A program made the position numbers and the translations under genes. This document shows positions 16,883-26,425 of a DNA stretch of 64,000 bases, piece after piece; the stretch's first letter is position 1; the number at the start of each line of letters is the position of its first letter. The DNA is from a virus, in the IMG/VR virus record IMGVR_UViG_3300049855_000609, positions 1-64,000 of that record; one strand, 5' to 3'. The notes under the pieces were generated by a model. The model searched no databases. It had not been told where the DNA came from and saw nothing but the letters and a program-made list of their open reading frames with translations.

Positions 16883-17934
16883 TCTACTTTACCGATAACG
16901 AAGGCAATGGAGTACAACTCTCCACTACCGCGCTGGATGTATTCCAGGATTCCACCAAGCTGGTGGAAAGGGCCTTTCTCTGCCTGGCCGGCAATAATGG
17001 GATCCTCTGCGGGGTCACGGAAACTGCCCCGAATTCCGGGGTATGGACAGAGGGGGTCCTGATCTTCAACAATGAACTGTTCTGGTTCCCGGGTGGAACC
17101 TACAAGCCTTACATTACCGCAGTGGAGGAAACAACCAAGTGTACCTTCTGTTCCGGGGACAGGTTTGACATATTCACCATCCGTACTGCAGCTTTTTCTG
17201 ATGATGCCGGAGATACTTTCATTGCAGTAGACGAAGACCTGACTGAGCTTTACCGACCTACTTATACCTTCTTTACCCTGGATGCCCGGGTAGTTACTAT
17301 AAATGGATTGATCACTACTATTCAGGGAGATATTATCACCATTCAGGAGGATATCACCACTCTGGATACAAGAACTACCACTTTGGAAGAAACAGTAGAA
17401 CTCCAGCAAAATCAGATTGATTATCTGGTTTCTATAATTCAAAATCTGGAAGCCCGGGTCACTTACATTGAGGACAATTGCTGTTCTGATGCAATAGATC
17501 CTCCAGCCAGTAACTTTACATTCACTAATGGCACAGTAGATGAGATCTGTGTATTCCAGGCAGGATCCTTTCAGGGTAAACTGAGCATTGACAATTTCAA
17601 TCCGACAGCAACAGGTTTGGATATTGCTTCTGTACAAGGGGTAGTAGCTGTAAGGCTGGAAGTGGATGGCAACTATCAGTTCATCAATGTAGCTCCTACA
17701 GATGCTCTTCCATACAGTACGGTATCTAATATTAATATGAGTAGTGCCATCACTACTGCTTTAAAAGCCGGTATTGCAGGTACTATCTATATTGATGTCC
17801 GGTTTACAGATACTAATACAATAGAGCATATTGCAACCTTTGATATGGTTCTGCAAAGCTGGACTGGTGGATTACCTGATCCGAATTGTGAAGCCACTGT
17901 TACAGTAAATGGGCCGGCTATTGATGAGATATAA
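16870..17934 (+). CDS. Fibre/spike protein with trimeric coiled-coil stalk
   Basis: Heptad repeats ITTIQGD-IITIQED-ITTLDTR-TTTLEET..LEARVTYIE between N- and C-terminal beta domains. Confidence 0.65.
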   Translation: MSNIVYFTDNEGNGVQLSTTALDVFQDSTKLVERAFLCLAGNNGILCGVTETAPNSGVWTEGVLIFNNELFWFPGGTYKPYITAVEETTKCTFCSGDRFDIFTIRTAAFSDDAGDTFIAVDEDLTELYRPTYTFFTLDARVVTINGLITTIQGDIITIQEDITTLDTRTTTLEETVELQQNQIDYLVSIIQNLEARVTYIEDNCCSDAIDPPASNFTFTNGTVDEICVFQAGSFQGKLSIDNFNPTATGLDIASVQGVVAVRLEVDGNYQFINVAPTDALPYSTVSNINMSSAITTALKAGIAGTIYIDVRFTDTNTIEHIATFDMVLQSWTGGLPDPNCEATVTVNGPAIDEI

Positions 17935-17944
17935 GATCTAAACC

Positions 17945-18508
17945 ATGCCAGAAGTAACCAATGCTAAAATAAAAATTGACAAGTCTTTCCTAAGGGCATT
18001 CTATTCTAATACCCAGATCATGCAATTTTTAAATGCTATTGAAAAAGGGCTATTGAAAGTGGATGCCAGGGATGTTAATTTGATAGAAGAGGATCCCATC
18101 TTCCAGGCATGGCTGGCAGGACCACCCAATTTATCAGAGTTTTTTGATGATATTGGAGCCTCAACTACAGGGGATACCTATACTTCAGGAGGCTCTATTG
18201 GAGGACAAAGATTAGTAATGGTATCCGGTGGGAAAGTAGTGTACTTTGACCAGAGTGTGGAGGCCAATTACGGGAAAGCCATAGGCTTCACCCAGACAGC
18301 CTCTGTACTGGATGACCCTGTCCAGGTACAGCATAGCGGGATCCTCTCTGGCTTTGGTGGCCTGGTAGCAGATACCCTGTACTATGCCGCGGATACAGGG
18401 CTGATCACAGCCACTCCTCCGTTAACAGGAATGGTGATACCGGTAGGGGTAGCCCTGAGTGCCACAGAGCTGGCAATATCCATAGTAAACGAATTCATAA
18501 CCATATAA
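17945..18508 (+). CDS. Decoration/fibre protein with capsid-cement-like C-terminal domain
   Basis: AIGF..TA....PV.VQ.SG.L.G..GL.....YY....G.IT.TPP..G....VGVALSATEL.I pattern. Confidence 0.55.
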   Translation: MPEVTNAKIKIDKSFLRAFYSNTQIMQFLNAIEKGLLKVDARDVNLIEEDPIFQAWLAGPPNLSEFFDDIGASTTGDTYTSGGSIGGQRLVMVSGGKVVYFDQSVEANYGKAIGFTQTASVLDDPVQVQHSGILSGFGGLVADTLYYAADTGLITATPPLTGMVIPVGVALSATELAISIVNEFITI

Positions 18509-18518
18509 AACAACAGCA

Positions 18519-19034
18519 ATGGCAGGAAACAAGTACATAGCAAACAGCAGTGGTAAGCTCAAAGAGGTAGCCGCCATACAAAGCTCCACAGGGGCACCGG
18601 ATGCTGATAAGATACCGGCTCTGAATTCCAGCGGGGTCTTTGATATCTCCTTTATGCCTCCGGGAGTAGGGGCAGAGGTGGTCATCGCAGCCTCCTCGGA
18701 GAACCTGGTGGCAGGAAACTTTGTGAACCTCCACAATAATGGAGGGACTATCAATGTCCGCAAAGCTGATGCCACAACAAATGCCAAGCCGGCAGACGGG
18801 TTTGTACTGGCTAACGTGACAAGCCCGGCAAATGCCACCGTCTACCTGATCTCCGCACAGAACACCGCAGTATCAGGTCTGACAGTAGGGGCAGACTACT
18901 GGCTGAGCACCACGGCAGGGGCTGTGACTGCCACTGCTCCCAGTACTGCAGGAAACATCGTGCAGCGTTTGGGGAAAGCAAAGTCAGCAACGGAGTTGGT
19001 ATTTGAGAATCAGGATTATTATGAATTAGCATAA
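18519..19034 (+). CDS. Decoration/fibre protein (paralogous C-terminal fold to the previous gene)
   Basis: SENLVAGNFVN...VRKADA...ADGFV...GLTVGADYWLSTTAG....AP...GNIVQRLG.A.SATEL. Confidence 0.6.
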   Translation: MAGNKYIANSSGKLKEVAAIQSSTGAPDADKIPALNSSGVFDISFMPPGVGAEVVIAASSENLVAGNFVNLHNNGGTINVRKADATTNAKPADGFVLANVTSPANATVYLISAQNTAVSGLTVGADYWLSTTAGAVTATAPSTAGNIVQRLGKAKSATELVFENQDYYELA

Positions 19035-19249
19035 TGGCAGAGAGAAGGCCACTGGTGAATGTGAGTGGGAAGATCAAGGAGCTTCCGGCAGGGGATACCC
19101 TCCCCGGAGCCAGTGGCTCTGACCCCAGCTACTCTCCGGGAACTTATACGGTGAGCACGGAGACATCAAAAACAGTGGGAGCAAGGATAAAATTAACAGG
19201 AACGCAAAAGATAACCATTGAAGGTACAGGAAGATTAATTATCTTGTAA
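19034..19249 (+). CDS. Small fibre-associated protein
   Basis: MAERRPLV.V.G.IKELPAGDTL N-terminus; TAATG coupling. Confidence 0.6.
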   Translation: MAERRPLVNVSGKIKELPAGDTLPGASGSDPSYSPGTYTVSTETSKTVGARIKLTGTQKITIEGTGRLIIL

Positions 19250-19250
19250 T

Positions 19251-19898
19251 ATGGCAGAATTACAATTAGCAACCCAATCAGCCCCTGCTACTCCGTCAGC
19301 AGGAAATGTTCTTTGTTTCTTTGATACATATTTAAAAACATTGTGTACAAAAGATGATGCCGGCGTTGTTCATGCCCGTTCAGGTAATGCAGCTATCGCG
19401 GCACAGGGAGCAGGCTTTGCTTCTGATACCTATGTGACCAACTCTGACCTGATTATCCCTACATTTTCCATGCAGGCAAAGACTACTTTTCTTTGGAAGA
19501 TATCAGCCTCCAAGACAGCAGCCGGTGTGGCAACTCCCATATACAATATCCGTATAGGTTCTGCAAGGACAACCTCAGATACGGCAAGGCTTACCCTGAC
19601 AGGCCCTGCTCAAACAGCTATTGCTGATATTGGAACTCTTTATGTAATGGTTACAGTAAGGACTGTTGGTGGTTCAGGGGTAATTCAGGGAACAGCATGG
19701 TGGGAACATCGTGGTACAGCAGCTAACACTACTACATCAGGTACAGGTTTTGCCAATGATACCACAGGCCATGTGGAAGGGACTTCGGCAGGTTTTGATA
19801 ATTCAAATCTCGGGGGCAACTATGTGGGGCTTTCAATAAATGGCGGGGCATCGGCAGCATGGACTGTAACACAGGTACAGGTAGAAGCAGATTGGTAA
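19251..19898 (+). CDS. Fibre / receptor-binding-like protein
   Basis: APATPSAGNV..FFD N-terminal repeat and Thr/Gly/Ala-rich beta head. Confidence 0.55.
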   Translation: MAELQLATQSAPATPSAGNVLCFFDTYLKTLCTKDDAGVVHARSGNAAIAAQGAGFASDTYVTNSDLIIPTFSMQAKTTFLWKISASKTAAGVATPIYNIRIGSARTTSDTARLTLTGPAQTAIADIGTLYVMVTVRTVGGSGVIQGTAWWEHRGTAANTTTSGTGFANDTTGHVEGTSAGFDNSNLGGNYVGLSINGGASAAWTVTQVQVEADW

Positions 19899-19916
19899 AC
19901 AAATAAATTTAAAACT

Positions 19917-20666
19917 ATGAACTTTCAAACTACTTTAAACAACGTCTCTATTATAAACTGGTTAACCACTAATGTTAAGTGGCTCTTAGGTCAAAGGTAC
20001 ATCAAAGACGTAATTGCCGGAGACAATATTAGTATTGACAAGCGCAATCCTAATACTCCTGTTATACATGGAACAGCAGGCAGTCTTGTACAAGATTTTG
20101 TATTTATCAGTGAAGCGACTATGGTTGACAATTATGCAACATTAACTCTTCCTGAGACTTACAATTCATTTGTTGTATATATGTCAAATATATCAACAGG
20201 CATAGGGCTTGGAGAAGACGGCACATCTCTTTTGTTAGGAGCGCAGGTATACTATAATGATGGAGTTAATGATGTGATTATTACTGAGTATAATGGAATT
20301 TATACTGTTTCTCAATTTACAAGTGTAGACCCTACTGTTGGTTCATTAGCTGAATCTTTAGGTTCCTTTACTTCATTAGTATCTGCCACAATAGTTTCAA
20401 ATAACTTAACGCCAGTAACTCCAAATTTAGGGAGAAATTCTGGAATGCTTCATATATACAACGCAAAAACCCCATCTGGAACTTTTGCGAGAGGATTGAA
20501 ATCAGAATGTGTTGGTAGCAGAATATTTGAAAATGTTTTAACAGGAACAGTCTACGAAACTTGTGAGTGTTCAGCCTATGTGGAATCAGAACCACTTACT
20601 AAGATAAGATTTGGACTCAACGGAACTGCTCCTACTGGAACTTTTAGATTATATGGAATAAAATAA
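19917..20666 (+). CDS. Tail fibre-like protein (AT-rich, probably recently exchanged)
   Basis: VIAGDNISID...P.TPVI knob motif; C-terminal GTFRLYGIK typical of fibre heads. Confidence 0.6.
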   Translation: MNFQTTLNNVSIINWLTTNVKWLLGQRYIKDVIAGDNISIDKRNPNTPVIHGTAGSLVQDFVFISEATMVDNYATLTLPETYNSFVVYMSNISTGIGLGEDGTSLLLGAQVYYNDGVNDVIITEYNGIYTVSQFTSVDPTVGSLAESLGSFTSLVSATIVSNNLTPVTPNLGRNSGMLHIYNAKTPSGTFARGLKSECVGSRIFENVLTGTVYETCECSAYVESEPLTKIRFGLNGTAPTGTFRLYGIK

Positions 20667-20675
20667 AAACACACA

Positions 20676-23618
20676 ATGGGACTCTTTAGTAGGAACGATA
20701 AAACATTTGACAATGTACCCATCATAGCCTGGTTAACCCGGGAAATGAAAAGGCTTTTGTGTGAATGGGATAAACTGGTTGCGCGTGTTACAGAGATCGA
20801 GGAAAATGGTGGAGGTGGTGGAAGCTGTTCTAATGACCCTACCCAGTTTGTCTATGCCGGCCCTGATGGAAACTGTACCGGGGACCCTCTGGCTACCAGG
20901 GTGGAGGCTACCGGGGAAAGCCACATCAAAAGAGAGATCGTTGTACCACAGGAGTATTACACTTTTACCAATGGAGTATACCTGGGCCTGGAAGTGGTTA
21001 CCGGAGCCTTTAATGTCGGAGATACTATTCAGGGAGATACCTCCCTGGCAGAAGGTGTCATCACAGAGATGGTAAGCAATGGCCCCGGAGAATTTCTTGT
21101 TATCATAGAGACGACAGTAGGATCTTTTGTCGGAGCAGTAGAAACCTATACTAACCTGACTGTCCCCGGAACCGGGTTTGGGACAGTAGGGGACAATACT
21201 GCCTGGAATACAGGAGACACATTTTCTGTATATGACATAAATGACCTTGGAGCAGGGGCTATTGGCACAGGAACGATAATAGAGATAAACGGGGATATCA
21301 TATCAGCCACCAGCTCCGTCCCCATCTTATCAGAATACCTGATAGTAAATAGTCCGATCCTGGCTACTTCCATATCCGGGGCTATAGATGCACAGGCCGT
21401 CATTGAAAACCAGGTCTTCGTTGCCGGGTTTGAATTGAATGAGATCACTATAGCCGGCAAGACCATGGATGGGAGCTTCCACATGATATCCAATGGAGAT
21501 ATCACGGTTTATACCGGGGCTGCTGTGGTATATGGCATAGGATATGACTACCCGCAGAAGATAACCGTTGTAATAGACGACAGCTCAAACCTGAGTTCTA
21601 CTTCCACCCAAACAAAAGATGCCATAGCAGAAGTGGTAGAAGACCCTGGTACCGGTGACTATGCTTCCAGGACAATACTGGCCAACCTGTACAAGGCCGG
21701 AGTTTTAGATCATGGCTTTGGTTCACAGAGATCCGGGGCGGATACTGCTGTATTCTGGTATTCACCTACGGATCTGTTTATATTACCGGTGGATGTGCCC
21801 AATGTCGGAGATAACCTCTTTGTTGACAGCGTAGCCCCGGGGGAAGTTGTATTAAAGTGGGGTGCCGGCAGAAGTGTCACCACCTATGATTTTGCGGATT
21901 TCGTTACTGCAGCTAATGCAGGATCCCTGACACCGGGAGCTGCTATCCTGGTCACAGACTGGTATAGTGTATCTTTAGGAATTGATGTATACTTAATGGT
22001 CAATGACACAGGAGATGGTGTTACCGGCCCCGGTATAGCCAGGCTCCCCAATTTTGACTATGAGAACATAGGAAACAATGTAGCCCTGGAAGACCTGTAT
22101 TCTGACATATTCTCTGTGACCGGGGTTAACCCTTTAATAAACAGGGGGCAATATACAGCTGATGTATTTGCCATAACCATAACCCTGCTGACACCATTTA
22201 CTGATTATGGCAGCATAAGCCAGGAGCTGGTCAGCCTGGCCAATGGGGCTACAGGGAAGATCGTGGACATCAGTGATGACGGCCTTACCCTGACTGTGCT
22301 GCAGACCTCAGAGCTGCTGAATTTTATGGCAGGACATACAGTAGAGGATCCACTCAACGCGAACAGCGCTAATATAGATACCGTCACCTATCCTGCAAAC
22401 CCCGACAGCATATCACAGGGAGACCTGTTCTTCTATAATGGTTTTGTTTACCAGTTGCTGGTGAACTTTGCTTCTGCAAAGAATATACCCGGGTTAGCGG
22501 GAACTGTATGGTCTTCAGGTATGAACCCCTCACAAGGTAATGTAGGGTTCAGGCATGTCTGGGATGAGGTGGTGGCAAAGAATATATCCTCTTATGGATA
22601 TCCTTTTCCGCTGGAAGACTTCGGCATCGTAGAGAGGCATGACAGAAGGAACAATGTCCATGTGATAAATGACCTTACAGTAGCCATGAATACGGGGTTC
22701 TTTGGAGACCCGAACATAACTAATTTGTACCTTTGCGGTGGTGGGAATACCTTTACTAACTTCGAGATCAAGAATAATACGGGATATATCTCCGGCAGGT
22801 TTGAAGGTGGGATGACTGATTACTTCCTTATAGAAAATAATTCGGAGACCATCAACCTGGATGCCGGCAGCAGTTACAGCACCAGTGTGACTATCACCGG
22901 AGTTATGCCATCCTCCCTGACAGGAAACCAGATAAATGCCACTCTCAGGGGCTTATCCTCTTTATCCATCAGTCTTGTCAGGAAGAAGATCATAGCCGTG
23001 TCTCTTATAAATTCAGGATTTATCACCCAGCTTCACAGCGGGAATGTATATGCCACTTTCGTGAACTCCCAGGTGAGCCTGATAGGATTTGCAAACTCTG
23101 CGCCTGGTGTGATAAACACAGGTGTGGACAACTGTACATTCAGGGGTGTGGATATCCGCAACATCATATCTTCCTCCGGGGCCTTTGTGCAGGACTGCCA
23201 CTTTGAGAATAATGCCGCGGCTTTAACCATAGAGCTTTCTAAAAGCTATACGGGGAGGACCCTGGGTCAGTTTGACAGTGGCTTTGACTATGAATATGCC
23301 ATTGATGGCCTCACCACACTGGATCTGACGGATTTAGATAAGGCTTTCTGTTCTATATTCAAGCTCACCAGTGCCAATGCAACAGAAACTATTGATGAGA
23401 TCCTGGGGGGAGGGTTGATCACTACTATCAGGCTTTATCCGGAGAGTGGCTTGGCTGTAACTTTAACCGGTACCGCCATTGGTGTAGCTGCAGCCGGGGA
23501 TATTGTTATGCCGGTGGCCAGTCTGGCTATAGATGGAACTACCTTTGACAGTGCTACTTTTGCCACTCAGGCAGTCACACCTTTTCAATTATTAATTGAC
23601 TCAAATAATTACATCTGA
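20676..23618 (+). CDS. Large tail fibre/spike, putative receptor-binding protein
   Basis: 980 aa; short N-terminal coiled coil and Gly linker, repeated beta modules, Asn/Ser-rich beta-helix-like C-terminal half. Confidence 0.7.
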   Translation: MGLFSRNDKTFDNVPIIAWLTREMKRLLCEWDKLVARVTEIEENGGGGGSCSNDPTQFVYAGPDGNCTGDPLATRVEATGESHIKREIVVPQEYYTFTNGVYLGLEVVTGAFNVGDTIQGDTSLAEGVITEMVSNGPGEFLVIIETTVGSFVGAVETYTNLTVPGTGFGTVGDNTAWNTGDTFSVYDINDLGAGAIGTGTIIEINGDIISATSSVPILSEYLIVNSPILATSISGAIDAQAVIENQVFVAGFELNEITIAGKTMDGSFHMISNGDITVYTGAAVVYGIGYDYPQKITVVIDDSSNLSSTSTQTKDAIAEVVEDPGTGDYASRTILANLYKAGVLDHGFGSQRSGADTAVFWYSPTDLFILPVDVPNVGDNLFVDSVAPGEVVLKWGAGRSVTTYDFADFVTAANAGSLTPGAAILVTDWYSVSLGIDVYLMVNDTGDGVTGPGIARLPNFDYENIGNNVALEDLYSDIFSVTGVNPLINRGQYTADVFAITITLLTPFTDYGSISQELVSLANGATGKIVDISDDGLTLTVLQTSELLNFMAGHTVEDPLNANSANIDTVTYPANPDSISQGDLFFYNGFVYQLLVNFASAKNIPGLAGTVWSSGMNPSQGNVGFRHVWDEVVAKNISSYGYPFPLEDFGIVERHDRRNNVHVINDLTVAMNTGFFGDPNITNLYLCGGGNTFTNFEIKNNTGYISGRFEGGMTDYFLIENNSETINLDAGSSYSTSVTITGVMPSSLTGNQINATLRGLSSLSISLVRKKIIAVSLINSGFITQLHSGNVYATFVNSQVSLIGFANSAPGVINTGVDNCTFRGVDIRNIISSSGAFVQDCHFENNAAALTIELSKSYTGRTLGQFDSGFDYEYAIDGLTTLDLTDLDKAFCSIFKLTSANATETIDEILGGGLITTIRLYPESGLAVTLTGTAIGVAAAGDIVMPVASLAIDGTTFDSATFATQAVTPFQLLIDSNNYI

Positions 23619-24013
23619 TGGGGATAAGTAAAAATATAGCAAATGATGGTGTTGCTGACTACGGTATAGGTGGTGGCCTCACCTTTACTTTTGACAATGC
23701 AACCACGGCCTCTGATCCCGGAACTGGAAAGTTAAGATATGATAGTGCTACTCCGGCTTCTATTACAAATCTGTATATAAGTGATACTTCAGTAGAAGGA
23801 TTGAATATAACCTCCACTTTACTGCTTCTTGCTGCATCACAGCAGATACTTATCAGGCAATTAAGCCAGGCAAATAAAGCCATATTAGTGTCTGTATCAG
23901 GGGCTGTAACAGATAATGGTTCCTGGTTTACCATCCCGGTAACTTTTGTCTCTGTCGGTAGTGGGGGATTACACACTAATAATAAAAATATTATCGCATC
24001 TAAAATAGTATAG
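23618..24013 (+). CDS. Small fibre-domain protein
   Basis: FTFDNATTASDPGTGKLRYD...T.LYISD, a widespread phage fibre module. Confidence 0.6.
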   Translation: MGISKNIANDGVADYGIGGGLTFTFDNATTASDPGTGKLRYDSATPASITNLYISDTSVEGLNITSTLLLLAASQQILIRQLSQANKAILVSVSGAVTDNGSWFTIPVTFVSVGSGGLHTNNKNIIASKIV

Positions 24014-24015
24014 TC

Positions 24016-24165
24016 ATGACAAAGCCAAAAGTAGTGATCAAGTCCGAGCATCTGGAAAAGATCATTGATGCTATCAAAAAAACAACCGATAAACTCAGGG
24101 AGGAAAAGCTGGAGGTGATAAACAAGAACTCCCTTAACCTGCCACCACCGGTGAGACCTGAATAA
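24016..24165 (+). CDS. 49-aa hypothetical protein (possible fibre chaperone)
   Basis: MTKPKVVIKSEHLEKIIDAIKKTTDKLREEKLEVINKNSLNLPPPVRPE*; fills the intergenic gap; below the ORF-track cutoff. Confidence 0.55.
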   Translation: MTKPKVVIKSEHLEKIIDAIKKTTDKLREEKLEVINKNSLNLPPPVRPE

Positions 24166-24183
24166 AATTAAATACAATTTTAA

Positions 24184-24780
24184 ATGTACTTTAAACAAGA
24201 CAGAGATATGATAGTCAACTTCCTCATTAAGATAGGATGGATCCTGGAGCAGGGTTCCTTGTCAGTTAAGCTCCTAATATCCTTTATCCTGAGTATCATC
24301 AGCTCTCCGGTAGTACTTACTGTAATCCCTTACCTGGATTATGTTACCCCTAAAGGAGATTTTGTCATTATCATATTCTGGGCCATTATAGCAGACTGGA
24401 TCACCGGCATGTATAAGTGGTGGTTGAGGCACAAGTTTGATTTCAAGGCCATGGCAGTAGGGCTGATTACCAAGGTATTCATAGCCTATATTGGCATGAT
24501 GCTGTTTCAGAGTATGGGTATGATAGATGAGCTGGAACACCATGCCGACATTCAAAGCTACCTGCTCCTGATAGGAAAGATGACAGTATTCTTTTATGTG
24601 GCTGGTTCCGCGTTCAACAACCTATACTATATCAGTGGTGGCAAGTTTCCTCCTATTGGCTGGATGAAAAGGATGAAGGCTTTTGAGGAAAGCGCTGACA
24701 CCTCTGTATTCACCTCCGGGGCTAAAGAAAATCCTGCTCCTTCTGATATTCCTCCAATTAAGGATGATATTGTAAACTAA
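24184..24780 (+). CDS. Holin (multi-TM, phage holin family 4-like)
   Basis: About 4 hydrophobic segments; AIIADWITG.YK motif. Confidence 0.75.
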   Translation: MYFKQDRDMIVNFLIKIGWILEQGSLSVKLLISFILSIISSPVVLTVIPYLDYVTPKGDFVIIIFWAIIADWITGMYKWWLRHKFDFKAMAVGLITKVFIAYIGMMLFQSMGMIDELEHHADIQSYLLLIGKMTVFFYVAGSAFNNLYYISGGKFPPIGWMKRMKAFEESADTSVFTSGAKENPAPSDIPPIKDDIVN

Positions 24781-24790
24781 AACTGACCCT

Positions 24791-25240
24791 ATGAAAAAGA
24801 AAATGAAAACCCTTAAAACCATAGGTATGAAAAAATTCACAGAAATAAGCTGGAAAGAGTTCAAGGACAAGTGGTTTCATACCATTCTGTTTGTAATAGC
24901 CCTGCTGGGTTTGTTCTACCTGATGTGGCAAAGTGGTCGGGGAGATACTTTATTGAAGAACATGCAGAAAGACTTTGACAAAGTCATTCAGAAAAAAGAG
25001 GACTCCTTACAAAATCTGCTTCAGCAGGAGCAGGCTCTTCGGGATACTATTCAGCTTTTAATGGAATATACAGACCAGCAGGCAGAAACCTTTAAGAAAG
25101 AGTTGAAAGCCGCTAAAAAGAAAAATAAAGATATTTATGAAAAGAGCATCAGTAATATTGATTCTGCTTCTGTCGATGATAACATGCAACAGTTTCGGAC
25201 AAACTTTTCCGAAGCTGTGCCTTCACCAGATCAAAGGTGA
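24791..25240 (+). CDS. Inner-membrane spanin-like protein
   Basis: Basic N-terminus, one TM (TILFVIALLGLFYLMW), long periplasmic coiled coil; follows the holin. Confidence 0.55.
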   Translation: MKKKMKTLKTIGMKKFTEISWKEFKDKWFHTILFVIALLGLFYLMWQSGRGDTLLKNMQKDFDKVIQKKEDSLQNLLQQEQALRDTIQLLMEYTDQQAETFKKELKAAKKKNKDIYEKSISNIDSASVDDNMQQFRTNFSEAVPSPDQR

Positions 25241-25598
25241 TACCATAGTTGACATCAAATACCGGGAGTTGGTCAATGCCAATAAGACCAAAGAATATTC
25301 CAAGTACCTGGAAAAGGAGCTGGATATTTATAAGGGCTATGTGGATTCCCTGGCACTGGTGATCACCGGCAAAGACCTGGTCATATTCAAACAGCAGAAA
25401 CTCTCTGAGCATCAAGCCAAGGAGCTGGCCCAGAGTATGGAGATAGGAGGAGATTACGAACAACAGCTTGAAGATGAGAGGAAAATACACAATAAGGATG
25501 CCAGGAGAAGGTTCTGGAAGGGATTTGGTATAGGATTAGGAGCAGGACTATTCACCGGGGCTTTGGCCACTACCGGAGTTGTGCTGGCAGTTAAATAA
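25137..25598 (+). CDS. Secreted spanin-partner-like protein
   Basis: Overlaps the previous gene by 104 nt; signal peptide MKRASVILILLLSMITCNSFG-Q, coiled coil, Gly-rich hydrophobic C-terminus. Confidence 0.5.
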   Translation: MKRASVILILLLSMITCNSFGQTFPKLCLHQIKGDTIVDIKYRELVNANKTKEYSKYLEKELDIYKGYVDSLALVITGKDLVIFKQQKLSEHQAKELAQSMEIGGDYEQQLEDERKIHNKDARRRFWKGFGIGLGAGLFTGALATTGVVLAVK

Positions 25599-25603
25599 AG
25601 AAA

Positions 25604-26425
25604 ATGAAGGAATTGTACGATATAGACCTGGAAAACAGAAAGTTCTTTGAGGCGTTGACCTTTATTGAAAGACCACATATCTATACCCTGGATGGAGTAA
25701 AGCTCCAGTCTGTTACCCGAATCATCAAGAATTTCCAGGAGCAGGTGGACTGGGTGGAGAAAGCAAAAGCCGTGGCCAGGAAGGAAACCGCACAGACAAA
25801 AAAGGTAGTGACACCAAGGATGGTACTGGATAAGTGGAAAGGAAAATCCGAGCTTGCAGGAAAGAATGGACAAGCCATACACAGCTTCGCGGAAGAAGAG
25901 CAGTATTACAGATCCCCCCAGCAGAAAAAGGAGGAAGCTGTTTTGAAATTCTTTGAAGGATTGAATACAGGGCCCAATAGGGGGAGGTATCAGACCATCT
26001 CCCGGGAGCTTAGAATGTATCATAAGGTGCACAAGTTTTCCGGAACCCTGGATCTTATCATCTACGACAGCTGGGAGGATCATGACATCATGCCTGATTA
26101 CAAGACTAATGAGGACCTGTTTCGAAACTTCCAGGGAAAAGAACTTTTATATCCATTCAGTGACCTGTTAGATAATCCCTTCAACTTATACCAAATTCAG
26201 TTAAATTTGTATGAGATCATGTATGAGCAGACAGGCAGAAGGGTAGGAGAGAAGTGGATAATCTGGTTGCAAGAGAGTGGAGAGTATGAGCTTTTAAAAG
26301 TAGGAAATTACAAAGACAGGCTCCGGACCTGGTTAACAGATAAAACTTTTGACAATGAACACGATCAGAGAAGCCATACAGAGAGTCCAGTCCTTATACT
26401 CAAAGGGAGTCCAGTCCAGAAGTAG
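25604..26425 (+). CDS. PD-(D/E)XK nuclease
   Basis: SVT.II, G.AIHSFAE, E...., SGTLDLI, DYKTN, YQIQLNLY: RecB/Cas4-like motifs, conserved in crAss-like tail modules. Confidence 0.85.
   Translation: MKELYDIDLENRKFFEALTFIERPHIYTLDGVKLQSVTRIIKNFQEQVDWVEKAKAVARKETAQTKKVVTPRMVLDKWKGKSELAGKNGQAIHSFAEEEQYYRSPQQKKEEAVLKFFEGLNTGPNRGRYQTISRELRMYHKVHKFSGTLDLIIYDSWEDHDIMPDYKTNEDLFRNFQGKELLYPFSDLLDNPFNLYQIQLNLYEIMYEQTGRRVGEKWIIWLQESGEYELLKVGNYKDRLRTWLTDKTFDNEHDQRSHTESPVLILKGSPVQK

Noticed and set aside
16870-24013. DGR or invertible shufflon diversifying the fibre genes
   Set aside because: No reverse transcriptase, recombinase, TR/VR pair or inverted cassette visible.
25604-26425. Cas4/CRISPR association of the PD-(D/E)XK nuclease
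   Set aside because: No Fe-S cysteine cluster and no repeat-spacer array seen in the window; it is a standard crAss tail-module nuclease.
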